Source: Hemiscyllium ocellatum
Taxonomy: Eukaryota
Direction: 5' to 3'
Length of the DNA stretch: 64,000 bases
Assembly (NCBI RefSeq): GCF_020745735.1
Contig: NC_083429.1
Location: 49,519,877 to 49,583,876, forward strand
This document shows positions 25,604 through 38,926 of the stretch, piece after piece. The notes beneath the pieces were generated by a model. It ran no database searches. It was not told the origin of the DNA and saw nothing but the letters and a program-made list of their open reading frames with translations. The first letter of the stretch is position 1. Each line of letters starts with the position of its first letter. The position numbers and the translations under genes are program-made.

Positions 25604-28509
25604 ACTTCCTCTGGCAGTTTATTCCATGCACACACCACCCTCTGCATAAAAACATTGCCCCTTAGGTCCCTTTTAAATCTTTTCCCTTTCACCTTAAACC
25701 TATGCCCTCTAATTTTGGATTTCCCTACCAGAGGGAAAATACCTGACTGTACACCCTATCATGCCCCTCATGATGTTATAAACCTCCATAAGGTCATCCC
25801 TCTGCCTCCAACACTCCAGGGAAAATAACCCCAGCCTGTTCAGCCTCTCCCTATAGCTCAAACCCTCCAACCTGGCAACATCCTTTTCTGAACCCTTTCA
25901 TGTTTAACAAATTTGACATATCCTCAGGAAGTTGGTGGTCAGCTGTCTGCTTGAACTATTACAGTACATGTGCTGTAAGTAAACCCATAATGTCAACAAG
26001 AAGGGAGTTCCAGGATATTGGTGCAGTAATAGTGAAGGAACAGTGATATATTTCCAAGTCAGAATAGTGGTGTTCCCATGTATCTGATGTCTTTGTCCTT
26101 TTAGATAGAAATGGTCATGAGTTTGGAAAGTGCTCTCTAAAGAGCCTTGGTGATTTTACTTTGCAATGCGTTTTGTAGTTAGAGACACTGCAGCAACTGA
26201 GCATCACACTATCACTTTAAGATTATCATTGGTCTTATACATAACAGTCATTTCATATTTTAATATAGTCAGTTCACTTGATCACTGGACAATCCCAACA
26301 TAATTTATTTCTCATAAACTAACGTTGCAAGTGCTTCAATCCTTCTCTATGTCCGTTGGCAAGTTTTATAAACAAACTCACTGTAATCCCTTGTGATCCC
26401 TTGTTTATGTTAAAAGAATGTAAAAATAAAAGCTGGGTATGTCCTGAATGCAGCGCACTCCCACAAAAACAGGTGGCCTTGGGTTACAAGAAATTGAGAT
26501 ATGGTTCTCAAAGATCTCCATAATTGGGCTTCCTGTCCATGTCCATTGTAGATTAATTGATTAAGATTGATTGCTTAATTTGTCGATCAATTATTATTGC
26601 ATCATGTGTCTGTCAAGCTGTTTGAAGAAATATTAAATATGCGCTTGATGAGAGAGTCCTGTGGCATAGTGGTAGCATCCATACCTATGGACCAGGAGTC
26701 CTGGGTAAGTCCTAGTTGCTCCGGCAGTGTGAAATAACATCTCTGACCAGTTGATTAGAGATATCTAGACCCTGGATGGGTTTTGATCCAGGAATTCCTT
26801 TAAGCTATTGGTCACAGTGTACCTTATGCGTGGTGGATGAACGTTTCTTACTGACCAATGAATGCCCAGACAGGAAAACCAGCAGCAAGGCAGTGTGTCT
26901 TTGTGAAAAGCGAGCCCATGTTTTCTTGCTTTCCTGCTAACACTGCCCTTACTGATGTTGCACAGGTGGCAATAACAGTTGAAGGAAATTCACCAAAGTT
27001 TCTGCCAGTTGAGTCTATGGCAAAAGGTGATCAGCGATGATTCTTAATTCACAGTCATTTTATAATCATTCATTTATGAGATGTGAAAGGTAAGGGAAAG
27101 GGCAACTTTGCATATTTTTGAGAGCTACTTGGACATTTCTGAGGGAAGTTGTGTATTTGACTTACATTCTTGAAGTACCTGGATAATTTACCAAACTGAA
27201 TCCAAGCCAGTGAGTGAGACCAAAATGAAGACACCTTGTGGATAGAGTTTATTAACTACTCAGTCATACAACTCCTTACACACATCAGCCCGATCTCTTT
27301 CCCTCTGTCTTTTAAAATCAGTGTGTTTGGCCATTGCAAACTCATAATCATCACATCCTGAGTTGGAACCTGAACCCAGATTGCTGGTCCAGAGGTAGGA
27401 ATATTGTCATTACACAGCAAGACTCCTAAAAAGACATGTCGTTTTTGATTTATGTTTTTTTACCAGATCATCCAATTAACTAATTAAACAAATAACAAAT
27501 CACATAATGGGGAAAACAAGAGAGGAGGCTAAATAAAAATAGAGTAAGTGGGGTGGGGGAATAATTCACCCTGTGGTACCTACTGCCCCTGAAACCCCAT
27601 CAAGGATCTGTTTCCCCTTTGTTTTCCCAAATCAGTCTGTTCAGAAATGTTGTTACACACATCCAAAGCAGATGGGAATTGAATATATGCCTCCTGCCTC
27701 TGAGAGAGCAACACCACCACAGCATCACAAGAGCCGCTGTAATCTCTATTTATTTTTCTATTCAGAAGTGGCCTTACAAACAACTGCAACCCATCACCGA
27801 ACCACCCATGGTATTTTTTCCATCCATTAACCACCACCGGCAAAGTTTTCCAATTGATTAATTTACTCACAAAGGCTGCCAGGGACAATGCAGACCATCA
27901 AAGGTGAGGAAGAGATAGGGAAAGAGGGGACAATTATTCCTGTTCACGTATGCGGAGTCATTTAATCAATTAACATCAACCATCTACCCTTGACCATTTG
28001 TTATAATGACACAGTTCACCAGAAAACTGAATTCTCTGCTCCAAATCCAGAGTAGTGGCAGATAAAAAGTGCAAGAGCATGAGTCATGTGAGGAGCAAAT
28101 AATGTCAGATACAGCCAGTTGTAAGAATGCATTAAATGTGTTTACATTTGCGTGCTGTAGGTATTATAAACCCCAGGAGATTCATTCCCATTAAACCATT
28201 ATCTTGCTAACATCTCTCAGTCACAATAAAATGAAATTGCAATCTGTAGTCAGAAAACTGGGATCCAAGTTACAATATTTTCAAGAAATCTCTCCTAGCT
28301 TTGGCTTCTTGCATCAAGGTACTGTCACAAATCATATTATCACAGAAAGTAAGAGACATATAATATTAACATTAAAACTTGGGATTAATTAACCAGGCTG
28401 CTATTTAAACCTCATGAAAGTTAGTCTGCCAGGATTGCTAAGTAATTTTCATCTGGTTTCAGTCTAGATAAAGCAATACCGATTTGGACCGAACTCTGAC
28501 AGTGTGGAA

Positions 28510-28546
28510 ATGGTCTCGCATCTTTTCCTCCTCTATCTGCTTTCAG
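28510..28546 (+). CDS. HTR3B: 5-HT3B receptor exon 1 (signal peptide MVSHLFLLYLLS-G)
   Basis: ATG followed by hydrophobic codons and a strong CAG|gtaagt donor. Phase 1 matches the exon 2 acceptor; an in-frame stop lies upstream; TATTTAAA at ~28402. Confidence 0.75.
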
Positions 28547-29345
28547 GTAAGTTCTGATCAAAATTACTTTTTGTCTATCTCTGAAGCTTATGCATTAAGT
28601 TGTGTACATGAAATAGATGCATTTAAAAATATTTTTTATAAAAATCTGCAACCAATTTACTTCCTTTAGTTGAACAGTCACACCACTGAAGAATACAAAA
28701 TACTTCTGTTATAATAATTAAGTGTTGTTTTTAATCTATAAGGTTATTGGTATTATTTTGAGAAAAATGTACAAATGAAAAGATTTTGGCCCAAATATAT
28801 TTGACCCTATTAGCCCAAAATTCTTACATAAACCTCCTGATTATTAATGCTTTGAAATTAATAGATGATTGCAATATTTGCATTGAAGACTTTGGTAAAA
28901 CTTTCTGTCTGTGATATTATTTCCAATTCTACATTAGAGAAATTTGAATTAAAACAGATGATGGCAAAGTCTTTAGACTTTCAGGTCTTCTTTGTGTTCT
29001 TGAGACTATGCAAAATTCAGACAACAACCACATTTTAAAGGCAACTTTTATGTTACAATCTAAATTGGTTCAATACCTGCAAATATTACAGGTATTTGAA
29101 AACATGAAGGTACTTCTGTCATTCTGTTCAATGAGCTGAAATCTTCATTTCAAATTGTTCAAAATGTTGTTTGTATGATCATTATATTTTCAGTCATCAC
29201 TTCCTTCTACAATCTCGAGGCATGTGAAACCCACACTTGGCCACTTCACCAATTTTTGAATTCTTTTATCATCTTTCATATTCTTTTGAGACTTGGCCCT
29301 TCCCCAAGTTTCTCAGAAACAAGAATGATGAACTGTTTTAATAAT

Positions 29346-29651
29346 TAGATTACTTACAGTGTGGAAACAGGCCCTTCGGGCCAACAAGTCCACACCGACC
29401 CGCCGAAGCGCAACCCACCCATACCCCTACATTTACCCCTTACCTAACACTACGGGCAATTTAGCATGGCCAATTCACCTGACCCGCACATCTTTGGACT
29501 GTGGGAGGAAACCGGAGCACCCGGAGGAAACCCACGCAGACACGGGGAGAACGTGCAAACTCCACACAGTCAGTCGCCTGAGGCGGGAATTGAACCCAGG
29601 TCCCTGGCGCTGTGAGGCAGCAGTGCTAACCACTGTGCCACCGTGCTGCCC
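29346..29651 (-). mobile_element. V-SINE (HE1-like), young, HTR3B intron 1
   Basis: Full-length consensus match. Confidence 0.9.
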
Positions 29652-32244
29652 GAATGTGTTGATATTGTTTGGTTAACTTGTAATCTCCACATATTTGCAA
29701 TGCTGTTGGATTTAAATATAATCGAGCTTAATTATAATAAAAACAAAGAGTGTTGAAGGAACTCAGCAGGTCTACAAATCTTCTAATTGGACTTGTAATG
29801 TTACTTCTGTTTGTCTCTTCACAGAAGCTGCCAGACCTACTGAGTTTTTCCAAAATGGATTTTGTTAGCACAGAGCTTCAGTCTGGGGTTTTTCATGTTT
29901 TTCATTTTGTTTATGCCCAAAGAGAATTTAAGGTCATAAATTCTTTCTTGCCTGATAGACGCTATAGAAAATTTAAAACAGACAGAACATCACACAGACC
30001 ATCCTTCCCCAGTTTAATAAAAAGAAATTCAAAGGTTAACAGTACAAGGCAGGGCGACACTTGCATTTAAGAAGATCTTGGCCTTAATATTCTTTCTCCA
30101 TTGGAAAATGTTATACAGTCCTGCAACCTCATGATCGAAGCATTAATTACCAAGTAGAAAATCTCTACAGTGATCATTTACACAGTAAGTGGCCTTTTTA
30201 ACAAACAGCCCTTCAGAGACATAATTACTTTGGAAATCAGGCCCTTAATACACAGCCATTAAGAAGCCATTGTGGTACGGGAATAAGGGCTGAGAATTGA
30301 TTTTTGAAAGAGATAGGCCTTAAATGAGAATCTAAAACAAGGATAATGTCATAACCATCAACTGATATCATTAATATCATCGTAAATGAGGCCAGCACGA
30401 TCACCTGAAGACTTGAAAGCAAAAATCAGTCTAGCAATTAAAAAAAGATCAGTCTCACCGCTCCCCACCATCTTCCATCGGTGGGCGGGTGTAAGAAAGG
30501 CTCTCTTGGTTAATTTATTACAGTTTGAGATAGGAAAAGCTATAAACCAGCACAGGTACCAGTTCATGATTTGAACAAAGAGAATTTTGTCTGAAACAGC
30601 TATTAAAGTAACTCCCCTCTACTCTTCACTGCAAAATTTGTTTGTATATTCCATTGTGTTTTTGAAAGGTGCTGGAGAATGAGCTTGCAAACTAAAACTC
30701 TGGAGTTGTGAGCTTTGAAGCAGCAATGGGTGTCAGGGAAGTTTGAAAGAGTTTTAACTCCTGCACTAGCAAGGCCCCTGCTCTAGCTTGAGGCTCACAA
30801 TCATTTTCAAGCCTCAAAGTAAGTTGACGGTGTGAAAATGTTTGGGAAGCAGTGTATTCTGACATCTGCTTCATTCTCGTTTTCAGGCGGTGCATCCCAG
30901 ATCATAGCAACATGGGGTTTTTTAATTGGTTAAAAAAAACTCTCCATAAGGTCATGACGTGAATGAGCATGAGCAGACCATTCAGCCCATCAAATCTACT
31001 CTGCCATTTAATAAGATCATGGCTGATCTGATAATCCTCAACTCCACTTTCCTGCCTGTTCCCCATAACCCTTGATTCCCCTCTGTCCGCCTCTTGAATG
31101 TACTTCACAACCCAACCTCGACTGTCCTCTGTGGTAAAGAATTCTACAGATTCACTGCCCTCTCAGCGAAGTCGTTCTTCTGCACCTTTGTTGTAAATGT
31201 GCGACCCATTACTCTGAGGTTATGCCCTCTGGTCCTAGAATGTCCCGTATGCAAATAACTTTTCTGTATCTACCCTGTCAATTTCCCTCAGAATCCTATT
31301 TGTTTCACTCAGGTTGCCTTCCAAACCCCAACCATTTCAATTTCAAAGGACAAAAAAATTTCCTTCAGCTATTAGTTCCATGGTAACTAATACTGATGGG
31401 CTTTAAAAGCATTTAAATCCCACCATATTTGCTGATAAAACTAAAGATCATTTTTTTTAACAGCCTTATCTATTTTCCCTGACAACTTCATAGTTCACTT
31501 TGTTCCTTCACTCTCTTTAAGACCAACTGTTTAGTTTGTATTGTCTCTCCTTACTTTTCCTTTGGAAATTGCATGACCATACTTCCCTGTATTAAGTTCT
31601 GCCTGTCATGTGTCTGTTCATTTCTTCAGTTTGATTATCTCCACCTTAAGGTTACAACAGTCCTCCCCCTTATATATCTAAGGTTTGTGTCACCTGAAAA
31701 CTTCACAATTATGCACTTTATAGCCAAGGCAAACTGATAAATATGTAACAAACAGTATACCTAGAACCAGTCCTGAGGAAAACCATTGAATACCCTCCTC
31801 CAATCTGAAAAAACACTCATTCCTCAATGATTTTCTGCCTCTTGTCCATCCCCCAGTTATTTTATTAATTCATGGGACATGGCAATGCTGGCTTGGCCAC
31901 CATTAGTTGCTGATCCATGCCTAGATGCTCTTGAGAAGGTGCCTTCTTGAGTTTATGCAGTCCATGTGCCATAAGTAGACCCACAATGCCATTAAAGACA
32001 GAATTCCAGGATTTTGAACCAGCAACAATGAAGAAATGGTGATATATTTCCAAGTCAGGCTAATGAGTGGCTTGGAAGGGAACAAGTGATTGTTTTCCTA
32101 CCACTTGCCACCCTTGTCCTTTGAAATTGAAACGTTGGGGTTTAGAAGATGCTGTTGAAGGAGCCTTGGTGAATTTCTGCAGTGTATCTTGTAGTTTGTA
32201 CACACTGCTGATTCTGAGCAATGGTAGTGGAACGAATGGATGTT

Positions 32245-32589
32245 TAGAATCATAGAATCCCTACAGTGTTGAATCAGGCCTTTCAGCCCATCAAGTCCAA
32301 ACTGACCCTCCAAAGAGCATCCCTTGTAGGCCCATGTTCCATTCCCTTGTATTTCCCATGGTTAATGTATCTAACCAGCATATCCCTTGACATAATGGGG
32401 CAATTTAGCATGACTAATCCACCTGATCTGCACATCTTTGGACCGTGGGAGGAAATCTGAGCGCCCAGGGGAAACTCACACAGGCACAGGGAGAATGTGC
32501 AAACCCACACAGACAGTTGCCCAAGGGTGGAATCAAACCAGGATCCCTGACGCTGTGAGGCAGCAGTGCTAACCACTGAGCCACCATGC
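32245..32589 (-). mobile_element. V-SINE (HE1-like)
   Basis: Same consensus; interrupts a LINE fragment. Confidence 0.85.
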
Positions 32590-35027
32590 TTTGGTATGCA
32601 ATCGAGTTGGCTCCTTGGATGGTATCAAGCTTCTTAAGTGTAATTGGAGTTTCACAGATCCAGGCAAGGTGTGTGCATGTGTGTGTGTGTGGTATTCCAT
32701 CACACTTTTGACTTGTTACTTGTAGATGGTGGACAGGCTCTGGGGAGTCAGGAGATGCATTGCACAACTCCTAGCCTCTGACCTTCACTTGTAAGATTAT
32801 ATTAATCCAGTATAGTTTCTGGTCACAGCTTTTATTCCAATGGTCTTTAATTGGATCATAAAGATTTATTGGTATTTGGAACAGAAAGAAATTCCTTTCC
32901 ATCCCTATGACTATTGCTCCATTCATAAGTATCAATTAATGGTTAGGAAAGGGAGTACTCTATTGATCATTATTTGTTGGTTATTGGGACAGGAGCAACT
33001 TATGTAGTGCTTATGTATGTAGTGCTTATGTCACTCTGTTGGGGCAGTATTTGTGACTGAAACAGAAGGTATTTTAAAGGTATATCAGATCATGCAGGAG
33101 GGGCATTACTGTGTAGGTGTTTAGTAAAATGTTCACCTTTAAAGGTAACTGCACTCAAGATGCATTCTGAGGTAAACTATATATAAGGAAGGTGTGGTAC
33201 CACATTTTGTCAGTAGTCAGCTCTATTCACATTAAGCTGTTGGTAATGCTGCAGAAGAAATTCTGAGTCCATATCCTAATTGTAAAAGTTAATCAAATTC
33301 CACAAATTATTTGTGCCATAATTCAATGTTTTCTCATGTCATTTGAGATCATAGATCTGTTACAATCATTACAGGGAGACTCTAAACCTAAATAGCCAAT
33401 TTTACCAGCTTAGTCACAGTGAAGATGTTATCAACAAGATTTCACTTAACTTTTAGTTTAGTATGAATTTGAATTCATGGTTATATATGATGATGATTAA
33501 CAGAAAAATGATTCAAAAGTAGATTTCATTTTAAGTAGTTGGTCCAACAAAGAGAGAACTTTTACAATTGCAAGCACTCCCCTTCATGCATGGCATCACA
33601 TTCTATAATGTGATGTTTTTCGTTCTTACAGGGTAGGTCGGGAATCCTGTCCAACTGTAACCGTTTATTCCTGCAGAACTTGGGTATTTCACAGGGCAAT
33701 GCCTTGATTAGAGTCAACCTGCATGGTTTAAATTTAAACAAAATTGGCAGCTAATTGCCATTCATTACCTAACTGGTCAATTCACCATGACAATGACTCT
33801 GTCAGTCATGGTCCACTTGCCACCCACTCAGCATTCTCTTCCACACAGTATAAAATGCTCTTGCCCACTCGGGTGTTTCCTTTCTTCCTGGTGGTGGAAA
33901 TTTGAATAAAGATTCGTGCACCTTGTGTCTTTCACTGTGTCTCACACCTGCACACACACATGGGTGCTGGGGGAAGAAAAAGCACTACCACAATTAGGCG
34001 GTAGTGTGGAGGTAAGAAAAAAAGAAAAGGAAAAAAAATTGCTCTTGCTGTTTACATCTGTATCCTTGCAAATACTCGAATAAGTGTAAGACAAAAACCT
34101 TCGATAAAATGGGTCTTTTTTTTCAGCAATACTCAATAGCTTTAAGCTTCATGTTTCACAGGTCTGGATATCATCAGAAGGGCACAGTCTATCCTTCAGG
34201 TCACAATTGTCATGATGGTATAGCTTTCCAACATTCCTTTTCAAGTCATGAACCAATAACACTCTGGTTCATGGTTTAGCCATTTCTAGGAAAACAGACA
34301 ACTCTTTACCTCTGACCTAATCACACAGTTTTCCAGGTTTAAGACTATTTTAACTAGCTGGTCCATAGCCTCCAAGTAAAGCCACATGCTTTCTGGGAGT
34401 GATTTGTGTCTGATCCACACAAAGACTCTCTGTGTTGCACCTTCTGTCTCTGTCTGCTTTCTCATCGTGTTAATAGCTGTAGCTCCACCCTTCAACTCTC
34501 CTCCTGCTGTCTCTGAAAAGTTTGTCTGCTGCACTCCTTTGTCCCTGCTCAACATTGCCTCCTTTTATATCGGCATTGCTTCCAGGCCAATGATCACCAA
34601 ATCACATGGCACAATATTTCTTAATATCCAAGAAAATCACAATTGATCAGTGGACAATTGATACGTTGTCTTAAAAGGCAGGCACTTCAGAACAGCTACA
34701 AATGTTCCTTATTGTACTGCTTCGAAATCAGGGTCATCACAAATTGTGAAATAAATAGTGTATAAATTCAGCATATCATGCTGCTGTCATCTCTTTGAAA
34801 GAGTTAAATAATTAGTCCCCCTACCTCCTTTCTTCCCAAAAGGCAAAAATATTTTTAGCTTTTCAAATGTTAACTTATTCTCCTTTGAACCTTAGTATTG
34901 AACCAGCTGCCTCTACACTTTTCACTTTGTGTATTCAGGATCCTAATAACTCTCTGCATAAAATATATTTTCCTCATTTGTCCTGTCATTCTTTTGCCAA
35001 TCACTTTATCATGTTGCATATTTTCAG

Positions 35028-35185
35028 GAGGGTTTGCTTACACTGCATCCCTTCAAAACTCAACACTACTACAGCTGATGGAGAAACTGCTGACAAACTA
35101 TAACAAGGGAGTCCGACCAGTCAAAAACTGGACACAACCTACAACCATATACATTGACTTCATCCTTCATGCTGTGCTGGAAGTG
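35028..35185 (+). CDS. HTR3B: 5-HT3B receptor exon 2
   Basis: ttttcag|...|gtaagt; encodes GFAYTASLQNSTLLQLMEKLLTNYNKGVRPVKNWTQPTTIYIDFILHAVLEV (cf. human 3B YHKEVRPVYNWTKATTVYLDLFVHAILDV). Confidence 0.93.
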
Positions 35186-35742
35186 GTAAGTGTTCACCTT
35201 TAAAAATAACTATACTCAAGATGTGAGTTTTGTTAAGATTTGTAGCTCAGGTTGAGGTGAGCTGGAAGGTTCATTTCCAGATGTTTCGTCACCATACTTG
35301 GTAACATCTTCAGGTGAGATGCATTCTTATATAAACTATATGTGAGGTAAGGTGTAGTTATTTTGCTGACAAAGAACATCTCCATTTTCTTGAAGTCCTC
35401 ACATCAAAGCCTTGAGATGTCCCAAAATGTTTTACAGCCAATAAAATAGTGTAGGAGTGTATTTAATGGGTGTAACAAAGGACACAAGGCAGCTAATTTG
35501 ATCTTCACGAGCAGCCAAGTGACAATTACCAGATGATTTGTTTTTGTAATGTTGACCGAGGTGTCTGTCCTGGCCTGGACACCAGGAAGAACACCTTCTT
35601 TGAAATAGTCTCATGGGAATATTTTGAAGGGGCAGATAGGGCTCTCAGGTTAATGGCTGTGTGCACACGTCTCTGGAAATAGGCTTGAATCCAGAATCTT
35701 ATGGCACAAAGGCAAGGCCCATTGAACCTTGGCTGGCATTAA

Positions 35743-35935
35743 GGAGGAGAAAGTGAGGACTGCAGATGCTGGAGATCAGAGCTGAAAATGTGTTGCTGGA
35801 AAAGCGCAGCAGATCAGGCAGCATCCAAGGAACAGGAGAATTGACATAAGAAGGGCTTATGCCCAAAACGTCGATTCTCCTGTTCTTTGGATGCTGTCTG
35901 ACCTGCTGCGCTTTTCCAGCAACACATTGTCAGCT
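35743..35935. mobile_element. Palindromic element with deleted centre (HTR3B intron 2)
   Basis: TSD ctggcattaa at 35733-35742 and 35936-35945. Confidence 0.7.
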
Positions 35936-35988
35936 CTGGCATTAAAGAGTCCATGATGAAGACACTACTATAATCCAATCAATGACAG

Positions 35989-36153
35989 GTTAGATTAGAT
36001 TACATTACTTACAGTGTGGAAACAGGCCCTTCAGCCCAACAAGTCCACACCGACCCTCCAAAGAGCAACCCACCCAGACCCATTCCCCTACACCTAACAC
36101 TACGGGCAATTTAGCATGGCCAATTACCTAACCTGCACATTTTTTTTGGACTG
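35989..36153 (-). mobile_element. V-SINE 3' half
   Basis: Tail and 3' body only. Confidence 0.8.
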
Positions 36154-36292
36154 TTATTGGATTTTGACTGGTAAGGTTAAAAACAAATTGATTGATTTTC
36201 TCACAGAATCTCATTAAACATATGCAGAAATATTGATCTGAATAAATTTCTCTGCTCTTAATAAAAACCTGTTTATTTGCTATTTCAAATAG

Positions 36293-36337
36293 GATGGCCA
36301 GAACCAAAAGCTGAGGACAAATATCTGGTACCAGCAG
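36293..36337 (+). CDS. HTR3B: 5-HT3B receptor exon 3 (45 nt, loop D)
   Basis: aatag|...|gtatgt; DGQNQKLRTNIWYQQ. The 45-nt exon is typical of 5-HT3/nAChR genes, and WYQ is 3B-like (3A has WYR). Confidence 0.92.
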
Positions 36338-37309
36338 GTATGTACAGCATCAGGCATTCAATATGATTCTATAGACCTCTATCAGACCCATAAAATACAT
36401 AATGTAATAAGCTAAATGTTTTTGCAGTGCTCCTCATGCTTGAAGCTTCATATTCCTGGAGTAGCAGAGGGCTGAGAATGACAGATGCCAGCATTAATGA
36501 TAGGATTACTTTCTCTCAGTAAAGCTCCCGATATTTCCGATTTCATCTTTAAGAAACAAAAGGCCCTGTAAAGAAATGGATGTGAGCTGACAAGCAAATT
36601 CATAGGGATGACTGTTCAAAGGAGAAGGCTTCTCAGCGGACAGATGCTAATTATAAAACTGAGTACCCACTCCTCTCTCCTTGTGCACTGGAATCCATTG
36701 CTAATGAACAGTGGGTGTTAGTAGCACTGTTCAGCTATCCTATGTTGCAATTATGTGTTTCTGCCTCATTTTCATTTAGGTTACATCTTTAATAAACAGT
36801 CATAAATTGGATCGTCAATATCAGGAACAAAATGTGTGCATTGCACACAAATAAGCCTCAAATCTACAGTCTGGTCAATAATATTGGGCCCTCAAAACCA
36901 TAGTATTGTGGACACTCGACATCTTCATTATTTCTCATTTATATCTCTTTTTCCTAACCACTTCTCCTCCTCTCTGTCAAATTTAACATTACCACATGAT
37001 AGTGGGATAGATTTGAGTTGTACAAAGTCTTTCAGAGTCTCGGGATGTCTCAAAATATCTTACGGTCCAAATTGAAGTGCAGTTATTAATATTAAGTAGG
37101 AAATATGGATGCTGATTTGCATAGAGATAGCTCTGACAAATAAGAATGTGATAATGACCAGATAATCGGTTTTTGTGACATTGGTAGAATGATAAACATT
37201 AGTCAGGGGAAAGGAAACAGCTCAACTTCTTTGAAAAAATGTGCTGGATCTGAGAGGGCAGACAAGACCTCAAGTTAACATCCCATCCATAAGACAATGT
37301 CTCCAACGT

Positions 37310-38365
37310 GAAAGTTAAAGCACATGGAATTGAGGGAAACTTGGCGAGATTGATCAGAAACTGGCTTAATAATAGGACAAAAGGTGAGTGGTAGAAGGCT
37401 GTTTGAGTGATTGGAAGCTAATGTTCAGTAGTGTACCACAAGGATAAGCCCTGGGACTCTTATTGATTTTTTTTACAAATATGATATCAATAAAAATGTG
37501 GGGTGGATGTTAAGCAGATTTGCAGATGACACCAAGATTGGTAGAATGGTTAATAGTGAAGAAGATGGCTGTAGGTTAGTAGCAGATGATATTTAAACCT
37601 GTTAAGTGTGAAGTGATGCACTGTGGAAGAAGAAACATGATAAGGGAGTATTTAACAAATGGCAGGACACTGGGTAACTCAGAGGAACAGAGGAGTCTTG
37701 AGGTAATTATTCAAAGATTCCTGAAGTTGGCAGAGCACATGAATAGAATAGTTAAGAAAGCATATGGGACACATACTTTTAACGGTTGTGGCATAGAATA
37801 TAAGAGCAAAGAAGTAACTTTGGAGTTGTACAGAGCATTGGTTTGGCCACAGCTGCAGTTCTGGTCACCTCATGACAGCAAGGATGTGAAAGCATCAGAA
37901 GGGGTAGAGAGGAGGTTCACCAGAATATTGCCTGAATTGGAGAAATTGAGCAAGAAGGCGAGACTAGATAGGTTTGTATTGTTTTCCTTAGAGCAAAGAG
38001 GACTGAAGGGGGGGGCATGATTGAGGTGTATAATATTATGAGGGGTATGGTCAGGATGAGAAGTGAGTAGCTGCTCCCTTTGGTGGAGGGGTCAATCACA
38101 AGAGAGCATAGTTTAAGATAAGGGACTTGGGAGATTTGAGAAAAAGCCTTTCAGGTGGGCATCTGGAATGCATTGCCTGGGAAGGTAATGGTGGTCGAAA
38201 ACCTTACAAACTTTAAAAAAAAAATTTGGATGAGCACTTCAGATATCATAGCATTCAAGAATATGGGACAAGTACAGGAAATTGGGATTAACACACTTCT
38301 TGTGGTAGACGTCAATGCAGACTCAATGGGCCGAAGGGCCTTTTCTGTACTGCCTGAATCTATGA
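37310..38365 (+). mobile_element. Degenerate CR1 fragment (HTR3B intron 3)
   Basis: FADDTK codons (tttgcagatgacaccaag), KCEVMH, LYRALV and FSLEQR remnants. Confidence 0.85.
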
Positions 38366-38475
38366 ATGGTGCAGTGTTCCATCAGTACTGAACCTTAGTG
38401 ACAATCTACATGTGCTGAGGTCTCTGAGCCACGGTGCATACAGAATTTTCAGTGTATGGTGATCAAGATCATGAA

Positions 38476-38702
38476 GGAGGAGAAAGTGAGGTCTGCAGAT
38501 GCTGGAGATCAGAGCTGAAAATGTGTTGCTGGAAAAGCGCAGCAGGTCAGGCAGCATCCAAGGAACAGAAAATTCGACGTTTCGGGCATAAGCACTGCTT
38601 CAGGAAGAATTCCAAAGGAGAAGGGCTTATGCCCGAAACGTCGAATTTTCTGTTCCTTGGATGCTGCCTGACCTGCTGCGCTTTTCCAGCAACACATTTT
38701 CA
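38476..38702. mobile_element. Palindromic element (HTR3B intron 3)
   Basis: Near-perfect inverted arms; TSD gatcaagatcatgaa at 38461-38475 and 38703-38717. Confidence 0.78.
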
Positions 38703-38926
38703 GATCAAGATCATGAACTCAAGGTCAATTGTCACCCTATGCCCTGAAAGATGAAATAATAGAGAACATGAGCCAGGAATTGCATTGGAAACCTTTGAAA
38801 TCTAGACTAACATATTGTGCCATTGATATCTCCATCACAATGCCCTGCAGTTTCTGCTCTTCATTAGTTTATTGGAAAGAAGGATTTCATAGCTTCCCCT
38901 CATGGATTCCTTTATTTTTGCAACAG

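Larger units (their letters stand above)
23183..25910 (-). mobile_element. Older CR1 3' fragment hosting the palindromic element and the young CR1
   Basis: CR1 3'UTR sequence at 23183-23372 continues seamlessly at 25611-25910. Confidence 0.8.

Noticed and set aside
23770-25692. 640-aa ORF as a functional host or domesticated RT gene
   Set aside because: It is a chance fusion of two CR1 pieces, 5'-truncated (no endonuclease), with a catalytic Asp-to-Glu change and a C-terminal frameshift.
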